NCBI RefSeq assembly: GCF_018977255.1
Contig: NW_024704742.1
Span: 96,412,001-96,476,000 of the forward strand
Source: Callorhinchus milii
Lineage: Eukaryota
Direction of reading: 5' to 3'
Length of the DNA stretch: 64,000 nucleotides
Below are positions 24,206 to 37,741 of the stretch, in pieces. The translations under genes and the position numbers were made by a program. Position 1 is the first letter of the stretch, and every line of letters begins with the position of its first letter. Below the pieces are notes generated by a model. It searched no databases. It saw only the letters and a program-made list of their open reading frames with translations, and had not been told where the DNA came from.

Positions 24206-24525
24206 GTGGAGTCCTGTAGCTCAGTGGTTAGAGCACTCGCTTTGCAAGCGAGAGACCTGAGTTCAATCCCAGGCAGGGCAAAACCTTGGGCAAGTTTCCT
24301 TACTCCACACACCTAATAATAATCCCTCCAAAACCAAAACCAATAATAAATTGGTCATTTTCAACCTACGACTGTTTGCGGGACATTGCTGTGCGCAATT
24401 GGCTGCCGCGTTCGCCCACAAATATACAGTCAATTCACTTTACAGTGTGTTCTGTGAAGCGCTTTGGGACGTCCTCCCGACGTGAAAAGCGCTATATCAA
24501 ATGCAAGGATTAGTATTATTATTAT
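24206..24525 (+). mobile_element. tRNA-Ala SINE, short form, full length
   Basis: Head, body, CTCCC-loop tail and (ATT)n. Confidence 0.95.
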
Positions 24526-25481
24526 GAAGTTTTCAGGTTTATTCAGCTCAAGTTTATATTTAGGGAGAACAATGTGATTTTGACTCAGGGTGGTCGATTC
24601 GGAATGGAATCAATGTTATCAGCTGCAAATGAACTGCAATAATGTTCTCTCTCTGCAACCTCTGCAGGTAATTACTCACTCTTTGTGCACTTTGTAATTA
24701 TTTAATTTTGTCTCTCTCAGTTTTAATATTCTTATTTAAAATTCTCTTTCCTACGACTCCAACTTACAGTGTTGCCCAGCACCTCCTAATCGACTCACAA
24801 TAGTGCTTGTCATGTTGAGGCATTCATCTCGTCAGCAGTGCCGACAATCCATGTTTAGATAATGATGCTTTTGAAAAGCATTTAACAAGACAGCAGGACT
24901 GTCTGAATATCATGACCTGGGCAATGAATCATTTTCTGATGCTTGAGGCATATATCACATCATTTTACTTTGGGGATTCTAGTATGACTCGAAGACTTCA
25001 AATATATTGAAAACATACTTCAAGTTATGTAACACCCGGTGCTATCAACACTGAATTATTATCACATATCTCTTTCCACTTCTTACAGAACAAATATGCA
25101 AATACCATGTAATTTGAAAGCTGACTTCTACTAACAAACAGCATAACTATTTAAGATGAGCTAAATTTTGGATACATGCAAGGCTCAAACTTAAACTTCC
25201 TAAAATTCTCATGATTTAGATCTGAACATTATTTAACAGATGCTGAAGTCAATAGTCCAGACCATTTTTGGAGCTTCAAATCTTGTCCTCTTATATCCTG
25301 GATAGACTTCCTGCAGATGACAATTTATCTGTATTTTTAACTGTAACTTCCTGTTTACAAATAAAAGTCATCAGGCAATATGACCGTTTGAGTGGTGGGT
25401 GGGGGAGGAACCTGGAGTTGGGTGCAGTTGATGTGTTAAATCCTTAGCCGAGCCCAACCTTGGTACCATCCAATATCTAAA

Positions 25482-25858
25482 AATAATAATGATAATCCTT
25501 GCATTTGATATAGCGCCTTATCACGTCTTCAAGGCATCTCAAAGCACTTCACAGAATATACTGTAAAGTAAATTGACTATATATTTTGTGGGCAAAACGC
25601 AGCAGCCAATTGCGCACTCCAGTGTCCCACAAACAGTTGTGGATTGAGTGGCCAAATTATTATTATATTTTTTTAAGGAATTATTACCCCCGGAAAAGTG
25701 ATCTGCCAATCGACTAACAATTGGGTTCCTACTTACTGCTAGATAAACAGAGGCGTGTGGAGTAAGGAAACTTACCCAATATTTCGTCCTGCCGGGATTC
25801 AAACCCAGGTCTCTCGTTTGCGAGGCGAGTGCTCTAACCACTGAGCTACAGGACTCCA
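25482..25858 (-). mobile_element. tRNA-Ala SINE, long form
   Basis: Carries the extra internal segment (CTGTTTATCTAGCAGTAAGTAGGAACCC..TTTTCCGGGGG); the anticodon loop reads CGC. Confidence 0.95.
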
Positions 25859-28513
25859 GAACTCCACCAATCTCAACTGTAAATTTTCTGTCAAGGATAG
25901 TGATCAGGAGCAAGAACATTGGTGAATTTGCATCTTCTACCTAACCCAGAGGGACTGAGGCAAATTGCAGCAGGTCTAATGCCCGTCGGACTGAGATCAT
26001 CAAATGCAGCACAGATAAACAATTGAAGCTACGACCCTCCTGCTTCAGTCAAGAGGGTATGGCACTGCTGAGCTGCTGCTATCACTTTGCCTCTCCAAAT
26101 CATTGCTCTGCACGCCACACCACTCTTTCTTTTCTTTTCTTGACAGGCACAAAAATTCCACAAAAGTTTTAAATTTAAACAACATTTTAACATTGATACA
26201 GCCCTTTTCACATCACGGGGATATCTCAAAGTGCTTCACAGAGTCGATTAGGAGCATGAGAAGGGGGTAGGGAAACTGAGGAAAGTGTGTGTGGGGTTGG
26301 GGGGGAAGAATTTTGTTCAAAAGTGTAGTCAAAAAAATACTCTGGGGAAAATTCTCATTCACACATCACCAAATAAATTGCATTTACATTGTATTTTGCA
26401 GGGAAATCTCAAGGTGCAACACATTAATATTGCCTGTTATAGCCCCAACAGCAACAATTTGTCATGCTTACCTCATACCTCTATGGACTGAGATAATGCG
26501 GTGCTTCGGTTGCTCTCAGCTCTCTTGGTCTATGGGAGGAGGGAAATAAATCAGCCAGCACTGCTGTTCATCATCATCATTCAATTGTCTTTGCTTCCAA
26601 GTGACCATTTCTGGGTGGATTTGGGGAAAAGGAAAATTATCAGACTTTGCTGCAATATAACCTATTTCCGAAAAGCTTAACCCCTCTCACTGAGTTTACA
26701 CATGATGAGGAGCCACACCAATCGATGTCCCGGCTGGCAACCCGAGCTGGAGGGACCGACTGGCATTTCAACGTAAAACCGTGCCTCTCCAATATATGGG
26801 AAGAAACCGCTTGCCGGTGTCTTCACGTGGAGCCCAGCTACACCTCAGCAGTCAGCCCCACTGATGTCTGAGCAATGAGAAACCACCCTCACCTAATTTA
26901 TCAGAAGGCCAGTCAGGAGGCTGCAGATGTGAAAGATTTTTTTAAATCAAAATAAACCATTCGTTATCATTTAGTTCAGTGACCAGCATATTAACCTGCT
27001 CCTTGCAACCAGAGCCTCACTTCAAAGGGGTCAAGTTTCATATGAGATTAAGGTGAGAATAAAGGTATTTATCAGCAGGAAAATAGAGTAACTATCAATC
27101 CAAAATAAAATATCAGATTCTTAATAGCATTTTAATATATTCATTGGGGCTGGTAGCTTTTTATCAACCGTTGAATATTGCTGGAAAACTGAACACAAGC
27201 ATAAACTGAAAGTTTACGTTAAAAGCAGGTTTTGTTGCTGCCCTTACTATTAGAGCACTTAGGATGCAACACAAGAAATATTATCAATAAATTGCAAGGA
27301 GCAAGTCCATAATAGATTCATTTGAATTTTACATGATCTTCGTTTTCATAAGATTTACGCAGAGGGATTTAAGGGATTGGTAGTTAACTGAATGATTTAG
27401 ATAACAATTATAACAATTCACATATATATTATCACTTATTAACGCACTTTTGTTCTGCAGCAATTTAAATTAGGTTCCCCCCTCCCACCACCCAGTACAA
27501 AATTATTGGATGTAAAATTATTCACTATGTGCATCATCCTGATTATTCGTATGCTTAACATAGACTAAATGCTGTTCACATAAGCTTTTTTTTCTATCCA
27601 GCTCCCAGGGGTTTCCAAACACCAAAAATCAACAAGGTCGATTTTGTGTAGTTTCTTAATTAACTTCTTAATTAATAAATCCATTAAGATTCTTACGATC
27701 CATTTCTTAATTAAGATCACTGGAAATCCTTGACGTTGACTCTCGGGAATGTTACACCTACTCTATCCTCACGTTACAATTACCAGGAGCTCCCATCAGG
27801 ATTCCTTAATTAACAAATCCATTAAGAAATACCTCAAAATTCACTCCACCTATTTACACAGAATTACATAGAACATGACAGCATGGAAACAGGCTGTTCA
27901 GGCCAACTAGTTTATGACAATGTTTATACTCCATTAGGGACCTAACGCCTCCTAATCCCCTCTTCATACCTCTCTATTTTCCTATATTTAAATAGCAATG
28001 TTACAGGAATACAATAACGTTTGTTGATTTCCTGCCTCTGGTTGAACGTGGTCAGTTGATTTAAAATTTAGGCTTATCAAGTTGTTTGCTTCTTCCAGCA
28101 AGTTGTGCTCACCTCACCAGTCCTATTCAATAAAGTGCTCCACAGTGATTGGCCAAGTTCTGATAAAGTTCCCTACCTACTGAAAGGTTAACCTATTTGA
28201 CTTAAGATTTTTGACACATTGTGTCATGGGATAAGTAACATCCGTCTGAACAGGCAGATGGGACTTGGGTTTAGCATCTCCACTGAGAAACAGATCCTCT
28301 GCCAATGCAATACTTGCCCAATATCAACTTAAGATACTTTTTTGGCCATTACACACTGAATCCCTGAAACTCTTTGCCTCATTCTTTCAATTTTGCCCCC
28401 TCTTTGCCCTTCTTCAAATCACACCTGAAAAATTTTCTCCTCGGCATCAAGCTATTCCATTGTTAGTTTATCTGTGATGCTATCTGCATGAAGGGCGCTA
28501 TATAAATCCAAGT

Positions 28514-28582
28514 TATAGTATAGTATACATATAGTATATATAGTTTATATAGTATATATATAGTATATATAGTATAGTATAT
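28514..28582. repeat. (TATAG/TATATAG)n low-complexity microsatellite
   Basis: Direct inspection. Confidence 0.9.
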
Positions 28583-28642
28583 CCATCTCTCTCTCACACT
28601 CATTCCATCCCCTGACCCTCCCCACCACGTCTCTCTCCATCT

Positions 28643-28965
28643 GTGGAGTCCTGTAGCTCAGTGGTTAGAGCACTTGCTTTGCAAGCGAGACACCTGGGTT
28701 CAATTCCAGGCAGGGCGAAACCTTGGGCAAGTTTCCTTACTCCACACACCTAATAATAAACCCTCCAAAACAAAAACAATAATAAATTGGTCATTTTCAA
28801 TTCACGACTGTTTGTGGGACATTGCTGTGTGCACTTGGCTGCCGCATTTCGCCCACAAATATACAGTCAATTCACTTTACAGCACATTCTGTGAAGCGCT
28901 TTGAGATGTCAAGAAGACGTGAAAAGCTCTATATCAAATGCAAGGATTATTATTACTATTATTAT
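28643..28965 (+). mobile_element. tRNA-Ala SINE, short form
   Basis: Full head and body; tail loop AAGAA. Confidence 0.95.
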
Positions 28966-29696
28966 AGTACATAGGTAGTTCGGACATATGTGCACGCAAC
29001 CGCTAGGAAGGTGAAAGGCGAATTCAATGGACCTTGGACCTTGGTCTTGTTTTCGTCCAGCATTTCTTATGTTCTTAAGTTGATGTTGCTGTTGTTAAGA
29101 CTACAAGACAACATCCCAACTTGGGGCTTGAACCCATAATCTTTAAACTAGAGATAAGAGTGCAGCAAATTGACCTATGATTATAATTGTGAGAAATGCC
29201 TGTGCTTTGAGCTTTCTCTTTACAAGAAATGCCTATTTTTCAGATGGATTCTGCTGGGGGATAGGACATCAATGTTACAGGTAGTGCTGCTTGTCAGGGT
29301 CTATCTAAGTTAGATTGATTAATTTACTGTACACTCCCGGGGTATTTATCCCAGTCACAGACCAGAGAGAATCCAAGAAAACCATTTGCCCAGCAGTCGA
29401 TTTGCACTGAGAAATGCACACACAGTCCAGCTCAATTTCAGGTGCAGGTATCAGAATAAAATAATATTAAAAGTAATTATATAATAGCCTGCATTGAAAC
29501 ACATGAATCCTCACAAGATGGACAGCACAATATTTACTGTTGTTGATGTTGAATAGTCATTATAGCTAAGCCAGTAGTAGAAGTCTTATAGCAGGAGCCC
29601 TGACCTTCCTAAATATCATTACACAGTCATCAGAATTTCCCTATAATGCACTTCTAAGATTTTTTTGCAGAATGACCTCACAATTATCCCTTTAAT

Positions 29697-30000
29697 CATA
29701 ATAATAATCCTTGCATTTGATAGAGCGTTTTTCATATCTCAAAGCGCTTCACAGAATATGCTGTAAAGTGAATTGACTGTATATTTGTGGGCGAAATGCG
29801 GCAGCCAATTGCGCACAGCAGTGTCCCACAAACAGTCGTGGATTGAAAATGACCAATTTATTATTGTTTTTGTTTTGGAGGGATTATTATTAGGCGTGTG
29901 GAGTAAGGAAACTTGCCCAAGGTTTTGCCCTGCCTGGAATTGAACCCAGGTGTCTCGCTTGCAAGGCGAGTGCTCTAACCACTGAGCTACAGGACTTCAC
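29697..30000 (-). mobile_element. tRNA-Ala SINE, short form, inner tail hairpin deleted
   Basis: Full head and body; the tail lacks the ACGTC-loop-GACGT segment. Confidence 0.93.
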
Positions 30001-32189
30001 TTTAACAGCTGTCCCTGCAAATTCTAGTTGTCAAAAGCTTATTGCCTCCAAATCCCCTGCACCCTCCATATATGCCATCTGTATACATTGATATTTTGAT
30101 ATTCTCACTCCTTGGGGTGGGGGTAAATAGGGTTTCCTTTGAGGATGAGTTAGCTTGGGCTTCAAGGTATCCTGCCTGGCAAGGGAATAATGGAATTGAG
30201 TGTCAATATTCTGTGGAGGTCTCAGTACTAGTAAATCTTGTGTTTGATACACGCCCATAACGTCCGAAAGCATTTCAAGATTTATCTGAAATGTAGTGAC
30301 TGTGTATTTTGTAGCCAAATACAGGAGCTAATTTGCATACAGCAATGACCCACAAACAGCATGAAATGACTGACCAATTTTATCTGGAGGATTGTTGCCC
30401 AGGACGCAGGGAAAATTTCCCTTCTCCTCTCGAGCATGCTAACAATTGAAATAGGCTGGCACCTTGTGCAATCTGATGCCTGATGCAGACAGGTCCATAG
30501 TATTCCAAGCAATATTGATGACAAACCAACTTGCTTCATTCATCAGCAGGATTTGGAGGAGCAGATCCCACTCAACTCCTGTTAATTCTGTAAGCCAAAG
30601 TCCTAACAGGTAAGATAGTCTTACTTGGCCAAGCAGCAAGAAGATGTCCAATCACTGTTTTCTTTGGAAAGCTGTATGGTTTATATTGGTTAAACTCCAG
30701 CAGTAACTCAATATATTACAGGGTAGTATTTAGAAGATATGTGCATTCTCTTGAAACATCGAGAGGGAGAAATTCCACACAGATTTATTCTAATTATGTA
30801 GCATTTCTGAATTCTTAAATATAGCCGTAATTTTCATGATGGTTTTCTGTAGGTTCTTCCAAGATCTACAGAAAACCATCTTGAATGTTGAGATGGAATT
30901 TAACAATTTGGCAAACTCTAGGTGCTCCAGACATCGACATAAAAATCTAAACCCTTGCAATCTATTAACTTAAAAGTCCTGTTGTGGGGGTTGAACCCAC
31001 AACCTTTTGACTCAGAGGCAAGTGTGCTCCCAACTGGGCCAGGCTGGCTGGCACTTTACATATTTCTCCCCAAGTCACAGATCTGGCCACCAGCAGAAGT
31101 CAGTCCTTATTGAGAAGAAAGTGAAGCCCAGGTTTTCAAATCATGTAAATAAATCATCTTTTTATTGTTTAATTTGGACAGCAAATCCATTTTGAACTCC
31201 TGTGCTTGTAATATTCCTGCAACCTTTCAGAATAAAATCATCCAATATTTATGTTTTAAAAGCGTTTGTTGCACAGAGCCATTCTTTTGCTGTAAACCAG
31301 CTCTTAATATCCAGCTTTTTCATTTCATACTTGCATAATGAGCCTTATTATGTGAAAATGATTAAAGCAACACATTAAAAGCAGTAGAGATGGGGATATA
31401 TCAGAAACTAGATAGTGTCTTCATCTTCACCTCCTCAGTCTCTCAGTGTAATATGTCTCCCATTACCCATTGCTCAATGACACACTGAATGTGCTCTCAG
31501 AGGGAGCTCCACCAAATAGCTCAAGTAAAGGTTTAAAGATCCTCCCAGCTCAAAGCAGTATTATCTTTTGAAGCCATGTGGATTATGTTACTCCAACCTG
31601 ACACTTCTCAACACATTCAACATCACTTATTCATGAAAAAATCACTGTTCCATTCCAGGCCCCAGACACTTTCACGTGCTCCACAACATCGCTTTTATTT
31701 GCATTAACAATAAAACTTATTAGAGGAGAATTGCAGTACATTGATTTGAATATCATACCAGTAACTGTCTCACACACCACAAGGAAGACTCAGGGTGATT
31801 GCATAAGGTAGTTAAAGTAAATGCAACAGTATAAGAAGGCCAATGCCATGAAAATGAAAGTAATCATAAATAACACAAAGTGGGTAGGAGATTTTTTGTT
31901 AATACTGGGTGGGTGGGGAGCAGAAAATGTTCATTCCCAAACATTCAGGAAGTCCGAAATGTTCAAAGTTTACAGAAAACATGCTACTGTTATGCCCTTC
32001 ATGTATGTTTCAACCTACTGACTTCACATGGGGATAAAATATTCTGACAACAAACTGAATAAAAAGTCTTTGTGGTCGTTGACCACAATTTGGAAGTGAG
32101 TTTAAATTTGCTGCCAACTTTATATAGCCCAATGTGAAAAACTACAGAAATATCTTCAGAACAATTTTACAATCATAACAATTCACTTC

Positions 32190-32480
32190 ACTCTCCGACC
32201 TGCTTATTCCCCTCGACACCGACCGCTGCCTCCTCTCTGCTGGCTCCAGCCTCCTGCGAGTCCCTCGTCCCCTCCATTCCACCATTGGCGTCTGTGCTTT
32301 CACTACACCCTGAAACTCTCTGGAATTGGAACTATGGAACTCTCTCCACTTTGTACCCTCCTTCCCCATTTTCTGATCACACCTCTAGAGTTTAGACCTT
32401 TCTCTTTGAATGTGCCTACAGTCACCTCCTCTCAGTGCCCTGTGTGAAGGATGTTATATAAATGCAAGTTGTTGTTGTTT
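32190..32480 (+). mobile_element. Degenerate L2 3' end
   Basis: Ends in TATATAAATGCAAGTTGTTGTTG. Confidence 0.8.
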
Positions 32481-33104
32481 ATAAAGCATCCCTCATAAGG
32501 GTTAGTGTCTCAAAGCATTGAACAATGGCAAAGTTTGATGCTGAGCTGAGGAGAAAGAGGAGGTGACTGTGGCACATAGCCACAAACAGCCATGAAGGGA
32601 ATGAACAATTGAATAACCAAAATAACAGAAGAAAATTGATTTTTATTTCAAAAAAGAGACTACATTTAGGAATCTGAAAAGAAAGCATACCTTTATAAAA
32701 GAGGAAGTAAAATGCAAACCACACTGCTGAATATAGAGAACAAAGACAGGATGAACTTGAAGCAGAAATCATTAAAAAAAAGCGAAAGGCAGAGAAGGCA
32801 GGAATTCTTATAAAAATCAGTTGTTGGCAAGTAAAATGACTATTTAAAGGCCAATTGAAAGAGGAGCAAGACGGATTCAAGGAAACAATGAATGCCGCGG
32901 GTGGAGATTTGAAGGCCAGATAGATGTAGATTGAATTGCTATAAGTGAAATTAGAAAATGGCCAGAGTTTCATGAACATTTTACATAATTTTTCATAAAT
33001 TATCACAGTGAACAAAAAGAAGCTAAAGTTTATGGGATACTTTGGATACAAGTTTACAGAATCATAGAAATTTACAACACGAAAGGAGGCCATTCGGCCC
33101 ATTA

Positions 33105-33552
33105 ATAACATCAACAATTTGAATTTATATAGTGCCCTCCACAGCGGGCGGCGTCTCAGAGCGCTTAACAATGGTGGAGACTGAAGCTGAGCTGGGGGAA
33201 GGGGAAGGGGACCGTGGGCGCGGTTGAAAAGGAAGGTCTTCAGGTGCAACCTGAAGATGGGGAAGAAGGGGGCAAGGTGAAGGGGTTGAAGGAGGGAGTT
33301 CCCAAGTTTTGGGGCATAGTGGCTGAAGGCACAGCCACCAATGGTGGAGCGGAGGATTCGGCGGACATGGAGGAGGCCGGGCCCAGTAGAGCAGAGGCAG
33401 CGGGTACTGCTGTGGGGAGAGAGGAGGTCAGAGAGATAGGGGGATGCCGAGGAAATGGAAGGTTTAAACACTAGAGTGAGGATCTTGAAGTTGATCCGCA
33501 CTGTGACAGGGAAGCAGTGGAGTTTGGCAAGGACTGGAGTAATTGGGGTATG
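33105..33552 (-). mobile_element. L2 LINE 3' fragment, same subfamily as 14945-15615
   Basis: RINFKILTLVFK..YLSDLL..TIGGCAFSHYAP..LKTFLFNRA and tail. Confidence 0.92.
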
Positions 33553-36500
33553 AAGTTTGGTTCGGGCGATAACCCATACACAACACAGCTTCAGGCTCCA
33601 CCACTGAGTTGTACGTCAGACACCTGGCTGAACAAAATAAATATTTACTCAATCTATACCATTTCATATTTTATATACCTCATTCAATTCCCATCTGAAT
33701 CATCTTTTCTGTAAACTATACAGATTAAGATTTCTCATAGCTCAATGCTGTTACACTCAGGATGAATCTTGTAGTTGTTTTCTGGATACTCCAAGGGCCT
33801 CAGTGTTTCTTTTATGCTGTGGTGATAAAACCAGAACAATATACAAAATACTCCAATACTCCAATCCATGGATGATGGAGGTTCATCCTTTCAGCTTCTT
33901 TTGTTCAAGATTACCTCTTAGTGCAATGTGTATAAACACTTACACGTTAACTTGGTGCTTCAGCTGTACACATGGAAGATTGTTACATTTCATTAAATTT
34001 CCAAGATCCTGACTACAGCAAATCCTTTAGTTGCAAGGACCCAGTGAGTTCGGTAACATCGCTTTTCACTCCCTCTTTCATAGCCCCAAGGCTATATGTT
34101 CTTATGTACTATATTCTCCCGAAAGTGAGAGTAGGGAAGGGATTTGAGGGAAACTGAGGCAGAGATGAATAAGTATCAGAAAATATAGTCACAAATTCTC
34201 TCAGAGGTCAGCCATCAAGTGGTGCCATTGCTGAGAGCTATGTCAGAAGTCCTTTACTCATTGATGTCCTCGAGTTTAGATCTCGGAGGAACTATTCTTC
34301 TGAAGGGGAGGTTGTGAACATTAGTTTCTAGCACAGTGTGCAGACTGTTTGCATACTGCAGCATTTGAGGAAACTGAAATTCGCACTTACATGCAGAGTC
34401 AAGATTGCAGGCTTCCATAAGATATAACAGAGATATTTACATATTTTCACTTTTAATAACAACAACACGCTTGGGCCTCATTATAGCACTATCTCAGTTA
34501 GACCTCGCTTGTTACATTACATCCAATGCTTTCTTATGGGACATTTACTGTAAACTTGCAACTCATTATTAAAACATTTGTCAGAAATGCCTTTAGATTT
34601 CTGGCAAATTCCCAGTGAATTACAGAGGAAATAATAAAATTATAAAATATTGATATTGAACATATCAATAATTTGCTGACACCAGGTTTAGGATGCATCT
34701 ACGTTCTCGTGGTAAATTAAGCGAACAGATTTAATTTTTAACAAGCCCTTGCTGGTCTTGATTTTCCTTCTGCAAGTACATGAAGCACATAAAATTCATT
34801 CAGGTTGAAAGAAAGGCTAAGTGCCAGTCAATCACCACTCGGCCAGAGAGCAATCCTTAATTTCCAGAAAGCTATTTGCTTAAAAAAGGAGGGAAAATGA
34901 TAATCCATAGTAAACATATGGGATAAATTAATCAAAATCTGGGAACGTTCCAGCAAAACAAAGAATTTCCTGAGGTAACTGTCCTTGACCCGAGTCTTTA
35001 ATCGAGTGAAATTTCATCACTTTATCTAATATCATGCTTCATGCTTCAGGCTCATAGCAATTCTATTTTAGTGTGGTCTAATGGGCAGCTGACATATCCA
35101 CTCAGCACCAGACTGCATAATATGTGCTGACACACGTTGTGGTCTGTGCACCCTATTGAAAGTTGCTTATTTGTACCCCGCAAGGAAGAATTCAGAGTCC
35201 TGCATCTTAGGAAAATGATGTCAATCTCGACTCTTGGGCATTTATGAACTGTGGATTCCAGGCAGGCAGTAATGAGGCTATTCATATCCTGATTCCTATT
35301 CTGGGTTGAAATCCTCCACCCACCACAGCTCTAAGGCTGTCAAACCACTTGCTGTAGTCGTCTGAAATCCACACCTGAGAGGACATAACAGGAGTCCAAT
35401 TGTAACTGCTGTTGTGAGAGACTATTGAGAATTAAAGTCAGAATATTCTGTTGTGGTTTGCTTTTTGTTTGCAGCAGGCTTTGTATTCATTCACAACTGT
35501 ACAAAGATGGCAACTTGGAACCTGCCAGGCTATAAAAGCATGAACCCAGTGCTGAACATCATAAATTTGCATTGTTTTTAATTTAATTTTTACTAGATAT
35601 CAAGTTATTTATGCATTGTCCTTTCAAGAGGGGTGAAACAATGTTGGAAATGAAGGTAAGGATACCACTGCTACATTCAGAAATAATTTAGCCTATTCCT
35701 TTGCTTTTGGCATTGAGTATTATCACAGAGCTGCCTCAGGCCTGGAGTAGTTTCCAAAGGAAAAGAGTAAATTTGTCAGTTTGGAGTGCAGTAGCATAGC
35801 AAAGGTCCCTCAATTGTAAGTTAATAACATGCTTAAATTCTGTCTTAGAATATATCTTAAATCCAGCCCCCAGGAAAGCCGTCTCTACTGCACCAATGTG
35901 ATTTTTGTTTTCAGTTTCCGACACCTACTATCTTTATATTTTCTTTACTGCCCGTTTGCAGTGCAATGGCTCAGTAAAGATCCCTCTATTTTACTCCAAT
36001 GCCTCATATCCACCTCCTACACCAGTATGAATGGATTTATTTCTTACAATAGATCAAGATGTCTCTCTGAGCAAGGCTGCCAATTTATTGTTAATTTCTG
36101 TTGGATTATGGGCAATTTAGAGCTAGTGGGCTAGAGCTCACTGTGACCTAGTTTATGATTATCCAAACTCATTTCACATGGGGGAACTGAAAAATATAAC
36201 ACCTGACGTAATAATTAACACTGGTGTGAATTATCACATATCACATTCTTCACCTCAGTATCTTAATAGCCATCAGAAACAAGAGACTTTCAGCAAATCA
36301 GTCTGGAATGGATTCAAACGCAGCCCACAGAGGTGAAAAGGGTGATTTCTCACTGTACCAGTCTGTTCCTCTTGCTGAAACCTTTCAATAGCACGGTTTT
36401 AAAGATTGACTGTAATATTTCATTGCTAAATGCATGCCAGAGACATTTCAGTTTGCCTCCTTCTGATCTCACAGCTTCCCAATACATGCACAAGTGTCTG

Positions 36501-37212
36501 AAGAGAATAATAAGATAGTTTATGATTGCTTGAAGAGCCTGGAGCAGATTACTTGCATTGGCAATACCTGACTCTTGATAATGGATGAGCAATTAACATT
36601 GCTCTTTAAAACCATTCTTCATTGTGGTACAACTAACAGACTTCCACTGAACACAGCAAGAGTTCACCTGCAACATGCAATGAATGATATATAAAAAGCT
36701 CATCAAGAAGATTTCAACAGGTCAGTACCCAGAAGCGCTGCTGTGATTCCAATTTTTACCCTGTGGGTGTCAATGTCCGAAGATGACGGTCAATGTCACA
36801 ACTTGTAATGTTGCTATGAAGTGTAGAGCGGTAATGATGATACATTCAGAATTATATTCAAACCAGGAAGCAGGCCACTCGGGGGCAGTTCAATGAACAA
36901 TTCTGACTTTGCTGCAGGTCTATGCAGAGATTTATATGGGGAACACCTCCCTCTCCTCTTCCCACCACCCCATGACTTGTCTCTTGAAGCCCCGAGCTTT
37001 CCTCTCCTGAGGTAGCCTTGGTCTCTGTTATAATCGTCTCTGTTTAAAGATTTTTTCTATGTTGCTTGCCTAACAATTAGAATTGCAGGGTTTCACTGCA
37101 ATGGTAACTATTCAGCCATTCCTGCTGATAAAGTAGTCCGGCAAGAAGAAAGTAGGGCTCTGGCCATTTTATTCACATACCCTTAAATACAATAGATAAA
37201 TTGTGTCATTTA

Positions 37213-37741
37213 AGCACTCGCTTTGCAAGCGCGAGACCTGGTTCGATCCAGCAGGGTAAAACCTTGGGCAGTTTTTGCCCTCCTGATAAAAATCCAAAAA
37301 TATAACAATTAATTTGCCCACAAATATACAGTTAATTCACTTTACAGTCTATTCTGTGAAGCGCTTTGAGACGTCTAGAAGACCTGAAAAGCACTATATC
37401 AAATGCAAGGATTATTATTATTATAAAATCCGAACAGAATCACTTTTATAATTTACGGGGCGAATTATTGACAAGTTTCTTTACTCCACACGCCTCTGTT
37501 TATCTAGCAGTAAATAGGAAACCCGGTTGTTAGTTGATTGGTGGATCACTTTTCAGGGGGTAATAATCCCTTAAAAAAATAGAAAAATAGAAAAAATAAT
37601 AATTTGATCACTCATACTACGACTGTTAGTGTGATACTGCTGTGCGCAATTGGCTGCCCCGGTTCACCCACAAAATATGCAGTCAATTCGCTTTACAGTA
37701 TATTCTGTGAAGTGCTTTGAGATGTCTCAAAGACGTGATAA
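37213..37741 (+). mobile_element. Two tandem partial tRNA-Ala SINE copies (37213-37425 internally deleted; 37450-37741 headless long form)
   Basis: Two successive SINE bodies and tails. Confidence 0.88.

Noticed and set aside
24208..24280. tRNA-Ala(TGC)-like cloverleaf (and the same at the other SINE heads)
   Set aside because: Always joined to the SINE body and tail, with imperfect acceptor and T stems. These are SINE heads, not tRNA genes.
32479..33501. 340-aa minus-strand ORF
   Set aside because: The N-terminal third is an L2 ORF2 end. The rest is F/L/S-rich read-through of the complement of A-rich DNA with no recognisable protein.
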